From positions 1 to 47,982 of IMG/VR virus record IMGVR_UViG_3300028585_000033: DNA of 47,982 nt; one strand, 5' to 3'. Source of the DNA: a virus. Lineage: Duplodnaviria > Caudoviricetes. The position numbers and the translations under genes were made by a program. Positions 41,332 through 47,982 of this stretch are shown here, piece by piece. The notes under the pieces are model-generated. The model saw only the letters and a list, made by a program, of their open reading frames with translations. It was not told the origin of the DNA and did no database searches. The number at the start of each line of letters is the position of its first letter. The first letter of the stretch is position 1.

Positions 41332-42613
41332 ATGCATCTAGTCCATCGATGGCATTCATGCGCTTTTGCAGCTCGGCAATGACAGCTTCCTGCTCAATGA
41401 TTCGGTCTTTCAATAGCTTGCAGTATCCTGCCAGCCAAGCAGTAAGTCCTGAGTAATTAACGCTTAACAAGTCTGGATATTTTTCATTGCAGTAGGATTC
41501 CGTCACCAGGCCTGGCAATACCTCTCTGAGCTCCTGCGCCACAACTCCCATCTCTCGAACAGTATTGGCCGGGGTGGGTATGCTTGGAATATTAATGTTC
41601 TTCTCATTACTTGCATCTTCAGCTACAGCCTCATCTGCCGTCCGTGCCATTTGAGGTATGGCTCCATTGTCTGGAGATGACTTGTCATAATAGTGAGGGG
41701 TTATCTTGTCTATATCATCGATATTATATTCAACAGACGAAAAATTACTTTTCAGTCGCTTATCAGAAGTAAGTTGCGCTCCGCCAGCAAATACATTTCC
41801 AGAACTTCTGAAAGAGCCATCATTTCTGAATTCCCAAACTCCGCCACTACCCGTTACGTTAAGAATCACCCTGTATGCCCAATACGTGGATGTAAGGATT
41901 AAATCAGTCCAAGTAGATGTGTTCGATGGTGCGTCTGCGTACATAAGCTGCGTAGAATTATCAGGCCTCCATGCGGCTGCCGGCTTTCTCAAACCGAATC
42001 CTTGAGATGCGTTTTGCAAAGTACCAGACATAATAGTGCTTCCATTCGACTGAACGGCGCCAGTAATTCGAGAATCATTTCCAGCAGCAACATCAGCTGC
42101 TCCTGTCCCTACATTTCTGGTAGCACTTTCACCTAAACCTAGATTAGTTCTTGAGGTTGCTTTATTTGCAACGTCATTCAGGTTCTGGCTCTTATCCATC
42201 TTCCCTGAAACGGAGTTGACGACGCTATTCCATGACGGGCCACTATACTGGCTGCCATCAGGCAGGGTAACTGTGATATTGCTGCTGGCGCTGTAGACCT
42301 GCTGCCAGTTGGCCTTGTCCATATTCAAGCCGCGAATGGCTTTAGCAACATCTGCAGCGACCTGCGCCGTTATCCCCACCAGTGCAGCGTTTGGAACGGC
42401 AGTCCATGCCACCCCCGATGCATTAGGGCCATTATATGCAGTCGTGAGCGTTACACTGGTGGCTGAGTTCACCGACTGAACACCGAGCGTGTAAGTGACA
42501 CCTCCCACTACAGCAACGATGAAATCGTTCGCTTTAAGCTCAGTTGTGAAGCTGGTCCCTGAGCCATTTACAGTCGTCGAGTTATTGGTTAATGCAATAG
42601 TGCCTGCTGGCAT
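41330..42613 (-). CDS. Side tail fibre with C-terminal intramolecular chaperone (peptidase S74-like)
   Basis: Conserved N-terminal attachment region, NLNDV.NK..SR.NLGLG, TSDKRLK cleavage motif, GVVAQEL, terminal coiled coil. Confidence 0.88.
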   Translation of the reverse strand: MPAGTIALTNNSTTVNGSGTSFTTELKANDFIVAVVGGVTYTLGVQSVNSATSVTLTTAYNGPNASGVAWTAVPNAALVGITAQVAADVAKAIRGLNMDKANWQQVYSASSNITVTLPDGSQYSGPSWNSVVNSVSGKMDKSQNLNDVANKATSRTNLGLGESATRNVGTGAADVAAGNDSRITGAVQSNGSTIMSGTLQNASQGFGLRKPAAAWRPDNSTQLMYADAPSNTSTWTDLILTSTYWAYRVILNVTGSGGVWEFRNDGSFRSSGNVFAGGAQLTSDKRLKSNFSSVEYNIDDIDKITPHYYDKSSPDNGAIPQMARTADEAVAEDASNEKNINIPSIPTPANTVREMGVVAQELREVLPGLVTESYCNEKYPDLLSVNYSGLTAWLAGYCKLLKDRIIEQEAVIAELQKRMNAIDGLDA

Positions 42614-42630
42614 AGCTTTCTCCGGTCAAT

Positions 42631-42656
42631 AAAAAACCCGGCGCTGTGGCCGGGTG
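42631..42656 (-). terminator. Intrinsic terminator upstream of tail fibre
   Basis: ACCCGGC-CACAGC-GCCGGGT plus T-run. Confidence 0.72.
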
Positions 42657-42780
42657 TTATTTGGAATGGTTTCCAGTTATTTCAATTAAGCAAAATAAAG
42701 CCAACCAACTTATTAATTCACTTAATCACATAAACGGTGCATGATCTAAAATCAGCACATAATCAGAAAAGGATATTTAA

Positions 42781-43005
42781 ATGAAAAAGGTAATGACTAT
42801 CATTTGTGTTGCAATGACTCTTTCGGCCTGCGTATCAAGCTCTCCGCCAATTTGCTATAACGAAGCTGTTATCTATAAACAAAAGTACGACATTGCAGTG
42901 TTTAAAGTTGAAGACGGCAAATACCTTGCTGGCAAGCCCTTTTATACCTGGACAGACAAATCCCAGTTTACCGATACGGCAACATGCGATCGATTAAACC
43001 CCTAG
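42781..43005 (+). CDS. cor: Cor-like superinfection exclusion lipoprotein
   Basis: Lipobox LSAC, P.C, Y.AG.PF..W...F....C pattern like phi80/N15 Cor; antisense to tail genes, downstream of J. Confidence 0.75.
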   Translation: MKKVMTIICVAMTLSACVSSSPPICYNEAVIYKQKYDIAVFKVEDGKYLAGKPFYTWTDKSQFTDTATCDRLNP

Positions 43006-43953
43006 AGCCTGCCTGTAGTAAGAGTCATATACATTGCAGTATATAAATCCAGGAGGGCCGCATGAATAACCCGGCGGCCTGCCTTGAGGCACCTGATAGT
43101 TAGAAGAAGAAAACAAATCCCCACCGCTCGCCTCGAACTGGCCTGAACTATTCACCCCGCCGCTATAGCAGTTGTAAAGCGTTATGCCTGTATTTGGGAA
43201 GGCAGGGTCAAAAGGCTGGCTAACCACCACCGAAACGCCGCTGGTAGATGCAACCGGCTGGCTCGCATTTGTAGTTGATCCAGTCTGCATCTGCAGTGGA
43301 AGGCAATTACTGTGCCAGACCATCTGTCCATTGTTGTACATGAAGAAACCGCCGGAAGGTATGTTAACCATCATCTTGGCAAAAACATAGATTCTGGTAG
43401 CAGTCATCTGATAGCCAAAGTTAGGCCTGAACTGCAACGCCCAATACCCATTCTGGTTTATCTCATTCCACCACACATGATTGAAACCAGATGCTGCTGT
43501 GCTTCTGTGAAACGCTATGAGTGGAATGCTGGCAGGCACGTTAGTTTGAACAACCTGACTAAACCCCGGAGTAAGGTCTATAACCTGTACAAGATTAAAT
43601 GGAGTAAATGTCGGTGCAAGCTTAAATACAGGAGGGTTTGCCGAATAATCGTTATAAACAAAACCTGCATAATTGAGTGTGGTTGTAGGCGTTGCGGTCA
43701 CTATCAACTTCGAAGGTATATCAACTCCGCTCCATGAAACGGTTTGCCCAGAAACCGATACGCCGTATGTTATCTGGCTGGCGCCAGCAGATGTTCTTCC
43801 TCCAATAATTGATGCGCTTATAGTAAACCCGTTGAGGTTATAAGTATTACTGCCTGAGCCTGATACAGTCGCCACGTCTGCTACAAAATTGTAAGACATG
43901 GCATTGACTGCATCGAATGAGGTACCGTTAATAAATGCCTGAAACCCCGCCAT
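42994..43953 (-). CDS. Putative tail-tip receptor-binding protein (DUF6453-like)
   Basis: Beta-rich, aromatic, coupled to J stop; start ATG 43953. Confidence 0.6.
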   Translation of the reverse strand: MAGFQAFINGTSFDAVNAMSYNFVADVATVSGSGSNTYNLNGFTISASIIGGRTSAGASQITYGVSVSGQTVSWSGVDIPSKLIVTATPTTTLNYAGFVYNDYSANPPVFKLAPTFTPFNLVQVIDLTPGFSQVVQTNVPASIPLIAFHRSTAASGFNHVWWNEINQNGYWALQFRPNFGYQMTATRIYVFAKMMVNIPSGGFFMYNNGQMVWHSNCLPLQMQTGSTTNASQPVASTSGVSVVVSQPFDPAFPNTGITLYNCYSGGVNSSGQFEASGGDLFSSSNYQVPQGRPPGYSCGPPGFIYCNVYDSYYRQALGV

Positions 43954-46900
43954 TATCTCTGAACCCCCATAGAGCAAACCAACTGCCCGCTCGCGTTGTA
44001 CCAGGCGGCCCCTCTGTTATCCAGCACAAATTTACCCTGACCGGAAACTGGTCCGTTAAGCTCAAATGAACCATCAGAACGCATGATCGTCCCTGTCTGA
44101 CCGGCGACGTAATTTGACGAATACCATGAGCCAACCTTGGCAAGCGTAATCGAGGCATAGTTGATAAACGCATCGTTGATAAATATCTGACCGTTTACTG
44201 CAGCAAACGCCATCTGGTAATTCCCCGGATCGCTGCCGGTATAGATACCAAATTGGTCAGCATTGAATGCCAGAGTAGACTTATATGCGCCGCCTGAAGG
44301 CTCAATGCCAATAGCCATGCCAGCACCGTAATACTGACCGCCTCGATTAATGCCGACGCGCAAGGTGTAAGACGCTTTAGCCACCCCGTTATCAGTAACG
44401 GTTGCTGTCAGCTTCTCGTTCACCGCAGCACTTAACTCACCGTACTGAGCCTGAACCTGTGTTTCCAGTTGAGCCATTGCCTGTGAGACGTCAGCTACTG
44501 TTGTGCGGATAGTGATGATATCCGCCCTGACCTCCCCAAACTGGCGGAACTGGTGATCTACAGAAGCGTCGCTGTTTAGCGCGTTCTGCAGCATCCCTTC
44601 TATGTTGTTATCAATCTGACCGGACAGGTTTTCAAACGCATCTGAGTTCCTGATTGCCTCATCGATATACTCAAGCATGCCCGGAATGTCTGATGATGCC
44701 TGACCTGACACCTGCACGAAAGGAGACACGCCAAATGCGTTTTTGGTCCTGACGTACATATAGTAAGTATGGTCAGCCTTAAGGCCATGCAGCGTCCACT
44801 GTGAAGCTCTGCCCAGGAACTGCGCTTCCGTTTCCACAGCCCCGATTGAAGTGGCTGGAACCTCTCCTGTGTACCAGAACTCAAATGTCGTATCAGTTGT
44901 TGCGCTGACACTCATTACCGGCACGATGTCAGCTGAGAAGATGCCCGGATTCCACTGAATGAAAGAAGGGGCTGATGGAGCGCCAATTACCAGGCTGACC
45001 TGAGTTTCAGCGCCCTTCATGCCATTCTCATTGCGACCACGGACACCCAGCGAGTAAATCCCGGCATCCAGACCATAGAAGTCATATCGGAACTGGTCTG
45101 TTTCGTACTGCGCAACCACCTTCCCGTCTGCGTTATAAACGTAGAGTTCGAACACGATCTTCTTGGTCAGCGTCGCCGTCTGCCAGGTTGCCGTGACCTG
45201 AATAGTCTCGCTATTTACGTTGATGATGCGCAGGTTTTCGATGTTCGGGACACGGTATCCATTGAGGGTATCGTTAGGCGTTTCGAATACCGCGCCATCA
45301 TCCACGATAGCCTGCTTGTTCGGGTCGTATAGCGTTGCTGAAATACTGTAGACAGAGTTATTTTCGTCTTCAGATATCCCCATGACACGAAACAGGCGGG
45401 TAGCAACGTCACCCGTTGAAATGACAAATATCGTTCCGTCTTTAACCCAGTTTGGCGCAGTTCTCAGGGTGATGATTCGACCCGAAACTGATGCGATCGG
45501 ATAGCGTGTGAACTTACCATTCGAGCCCATAAGCGACATCGTGTCGCCGCCACCGGCCAGAGTTGAAACATCGGCATCCACAGTTATCACGGCGCCGCTG
45601 TGAGAAATGATGCGGCCGCCAAGCCGTGTGGCAGCGTAATCATTATCCATGACCTCAATTACATCGCCTGGCATGAAAGAAATAGCATCGCGCGCCATCT
45701 TGAACGTGACTTTCTTTGTTTCCCGCTTGCAGGTTTCAAGAAGCCACTTGCCTGCGCGGAATGCCTGCCCGCGGGAGGTGCAGCCGAAAGCCTCCAGCGT
45801 CGTTTCGTTATAGCCGTACCGGTCAATCATCTGGTCATCAGATACGTATTCTTTGACCTGCTCCCATCCGTTGTTTGGGTCAGTCCAGGACACTACCACA
45901 GCGTTAAATCGCTCAGAACGCTTCATGGAGCTATATGTAAACAACCCATCGACGACATTCGCATTCGTGACTGCCGTCAACGGGTCCTGCGGGTTGTCCA
46001 GCATGATTGAGAAGCGCATGCCATCCCACAGAGCAATGCCGCGGAACATACCTGCAATCTTGTCGAGAATGTCGCGGGCGCTGGATTGCTCAGTGATATA
46101 AGCGTTCAGGGTGAAGCGTGGCTCTTTGCCGCCATAGCCATCATCGACAAGCTGATCGCAGAATTGCGACAGGACATACAGGCTGCCATCGTCAACATCG
46201 ATGTAGCCAGCCCGGCGCGCCAGTCCATAGCGCGTATTTTTCACTAATGCGCGAAACAGCCATGCGGGGTTATTCGTCCATGCGGGTTTAAATCCACCGG
46301 TCCAGATGCCAGTGTATGTTCGGGCGATCGGGTCATAGTTATCCGGGACATCAACAATCAGCCCTCGCAGATGATAGGTGCGAGTAGGCGTGTCGGTGTA
46401 CTGGTCACGGTCAATCACCGCCCCAGCTACCGCTGCATAAGGATATGAAAGGCGGTCATCAGTGATTTCAGTAAAGCTGTTCCAGATGGTGCCATTGGTC
46501 ATCAGGTCGCTTGAGCTGTCAGGAGTGACACGACGCAGACGGATATCAAATGGCTTCTGCTGGGGAGCATCAATGATATGAGCCTCAAGGTACTCGCCTG
46601 ATATTTTGCCGCTTATTGTGACGGTCTTCTGAATATTCCATGAACCGGCCGTCCCATTGCGCGTCTCGATGACCATGGTTACCGCAGTTTCGTGCTGGTT
46701 GCCCTTGGTATCCTGCTCAACCAGACCAGTTACGCCGATGTTCATTCTTACTCGGGTCACATCAGTGTCGGTTACCGTTCGCACCAGAGGCGTGCTCTGC
46801 GTTACGTCTGTATTGACGAGCGTGGTCGCTTCAATCGCGTCAAAGCCGGTGATCGGAGACTGATTTGCAGAGCCGGGTCGCCACGCAACACTGACTCCGT

Positions 46901-47090
46901 TAATCGTAACGTTGCCGCCTGCATCAGTGACGGGCGTTTTATTCAGCATGAAAGAGGAAAGGTGGTTCTGGTCTACGGGCCCGTAAATCGGACCTTCTGA
47001 AATGAGATCGAGGACTTTCAGATACTGCTTTGATTTGAGGTTGTCGTCGATAAGTTTGGGAGTGCTTCCGCCACCGCCGCCTGAGCTCAT
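43953..47090 (-). CDS. J: Central tail tip protein J
   Basis: DLISEGPIYG, FKPAWTNNPAW, EPRFTLNAYI, AFGCTSRGQA, Fn3 regions. Confidence 0.95.
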   Translation of the reverse strand: MSSGGGGGSTPKLIDDNLKSKQYLKVLDLISEGPIYGPVDQNHLSSFMLNKTPVTDAGGNVTINGVSVAWRPGSANQSPITGFDAIEATTLVNTDVTQSTPLVRTVTDTDVTRVRMNIGVTGLVEQDTKGNQHETAVTMVIETRNGTAGSWNIQKTVTISGKISGEYLEAHIIDAPQQKPFDIRLRRVTPDSSSDLMTNGTIWNSFTEITDDRLSYPYAAVAGAVIDRDQYTDTPTRTYHLRGLIVDVPDNYDPIARTYTGIWTGGFKPAWTNNPAWLFRALVKNTRYGLARRAGYIDVDDGSLYVLSQFCDQLVDDGYGGKEPRFTLNAYITEQSSARDILDKIAGMFRGIALWDGMRFSIMLDNPQDPLTAVTNANVVDGLFTYSSMKRSERFNAVVVSWTDPNNGWEQVKEYVSDDQMIDRYGYNETTLEAFGCTSRGQAFRAGKWLLETCKRETKKVTFKMARDAISFMPGDVIEVMDNDYAATRLGGRIISHSGAVITVDADVSTLAGGGDTMSLMGSNGKFTRYPIASVSGRIITLRTAPNWVKDGTIFVISTGDVATRLFRVMGISEDENNSVYSISATLYDPNKQAIVDDGAVFETPNDTLNGYRVPNIENLRIINVNSETIQVTATWQTATLTKKIVFELYVYNADGKVVAQYETDQFRYDFYGLDAGIYSLGVRGRNENGMKGAETQVSLVIGAPSAPSFIQWNPGIFSADIVPVMSVSATTDTTFEFWYTGEVPATSIGAVETEAQFLGRASQWTLHGLKADHTYYMYVRTKNAFGVSPFVQVSGQASSDIPGMLEYIDEAIRNSDAFENLSGQIDNNIEGMLQNALNSDASVDHQFRQFGEVRADIITIRTTVADVSQAMAQLETQVQAQYGELSAAVNEKLTATVTDNGVAKASYTLRVGINRGGQYYGAGMAIGIEPSGGAYKSTLAFNADQFGIYTGSDPGNYQMAFAAVNGQIFINDAFINYASITLAKVGSWYSSNYVAGQTGTIMRSDGSFELNGPVSGQGKFVLDNRGAAWYNASGQLVCSMGVQR

Positions 47091-47099
47091 GCTTTCACC

Positions 47100-47624
47100 T
47101 TAACTGATGGAAATATCCCAGTCCTGATTGTTGCTGGTATCAATACCGAGAGAGATAACGTTACTGCCAACCACCATTTCGCCAATCAGTAACGGAACCG
47201 GCCTACCCTGCCCGATTCGGTTCTCTGCGCTGGTGAATGAGTTGTTGGTAATGGAGTTTGTGTCCTGGTCTGCTGAGCTCTGCGTCTTCATGTGTGAGGT
47301 CATATAGAGCGAGTAAGCGACAGAAGCGACCGTGACGGCCACCATGATCCAAACCGCAGCTACGGCGCTGATTGCCCCCTCCACAATCGGCACGAAGACG
47401 ACTGTCGCGCCGTCTTTAAGGTGCCTGTTCATGTGGAACTCAAGGTTATCCTGTGACACGTCACCGCCGTCTATCCGAAGGCGCAGGCGGGTTTTATAGA
47501 AATCGCGTTTGAATTCGGGACATTGAGCAAGCAGAAGACGCAGGCCTTGCGAGGGTGTATCGACGTTCAGAGTGATTTGGCGGAAATGTCGTCGGAGATT
47601 CCCCGCAAATCTAAAGATGAGCAT
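47100..47624 (-). CDS. I: Tail assembly protein I
   Basis: VPIVEGA, QGRPVPLLIGEMVVGSNVIS. Confidence 0.92.
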   Translation of the reverse strand: MLIFRFAGNLRRHFRQITLNVDTPSQGLRLLLAQCPEFKRDFYKTRLRLRIDGGDVSQDNLEFHMNRHLKDGATVVFVPIVEGAISAVAAVWIMVAVTVASVAYSLYMTSHMKTQSSADQDTNSITNNSFTSAENRIGQGRPVPLLIGEMVVGSNVISLGIDTSNNQDWDISIS

Positions 47625-47982
47625 TGTTCATGCCTCCATATAGAGTGCGTCAGACTTACATAGGCTTGCCGGTAGGGCTCGCGGCGGCTGAGGCGCCCGG
47701 CCAGCTCGTGATGGAGTACGGTGTTATCTCCAAGCCAGAGCATTGCGTGACAAGGGTCGGACTCAGGGAAGGCGCGCCTAATGATCACATCACCCGGCAG
47801 GATGTCGGCCGGAGTAACTTCGTAAAACCCGTTGGCTGCCATGTTCCTTAGATAGAGGTTTTCACCCCTCACCCACCATCCGTTAGTGCGCTCGAAGTCT
47901 GGCAGGTCTATACCGCACAGGTGGTAGGCGTCCCGGAAAAGCGTGTAGCAATCCATCACGCCATGTTCGAACCGGCGGCCTA
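47567..47982 (-). CDS. K: Tail tip assembly protein K, C-terminal NlpC/P60 part
   Basis: DCYTLFRDAY, PGDVI, HAMLWLG...LHH; in frame with 1-438 across the junction. Confidence 0.9.
   Translation of the reverse strand, partial: GRRFEHGVMDCYTLFRDAYHLCGIDLPDFERTNGWWVRGENLYLRNMAANGFYEVTPADILPGDVIIRRAFPESDPCHAMLWLGDNTVLHHELAGRLSRREPYRQAYVSLTHSIWRHEQCSSLDLRGISDDISAKSL
47855..47980 (+). repeat. Terminal direct repeat, right copy
   Basis: Identical to 1-126. Confidence 0.95.

Larger units (their letters stand above)
1..47982. mobile_element. Complete temperate lambdoid siphophage genome (circularly permuted, about 47,854 bp unique)
   Basis: Full set of head, tail, lysis, immunity, replication, recombination and integration modules; terminal direct overlap; no host genes seen. 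Confidence 0.96.

Noticed and set aside
41330-47090. Diversity-generating retroelement or invertible tail-fibre cassette
   Set aside because: No reverse transcriptase or invertase gene, and I saw no duplicated variable/template repeat or inverted crossover sites.

Overview
The window is a complete, circularly permuted temperate lambdoid siphophage genome of about 47,854 bp. Bases 1-126 are repeated at 47855-47980, splitting tail gene K across the ends, and attP appears intact, so this is the excised or virion form. An enterobacterial host is inferred. Minus strand: tail (K, L, M, tape measure, chaperone, Ig-domain tail tube, I, J, putative receptor-binding protein, S74-chaperone fibre), head/packaging (PBSX-type TerL, portal, capsid), lysis (dual-start holin, GH19 endolysin, two Rz-like genes plus Rz1), Q-like antiterminator, nin region, O/P replication, cII and cro. 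Plus strand: cI, N, cIII, kil, erf, ssb, holE/hot, TraR-like, xis, int and cor. Operators, PL/PR/PRE, nut boxA, oop RNA, ori iterons, Int arm sites and a LexA box are readable directly. The most interesting signals are non-coding or small: a four-way-junction RNA with complementary (kissing) loops in the PL leader, a put-like RNA in the late operon, a c4-like antisense RNA with visible targets over an HNH ribosome-binding site, and an SOS operon encoding a pre-cleaved, apparently catalytically dead UmuD'-like protein with no UmuC. All family calls come from motif recognition and gene order, not from database searches.
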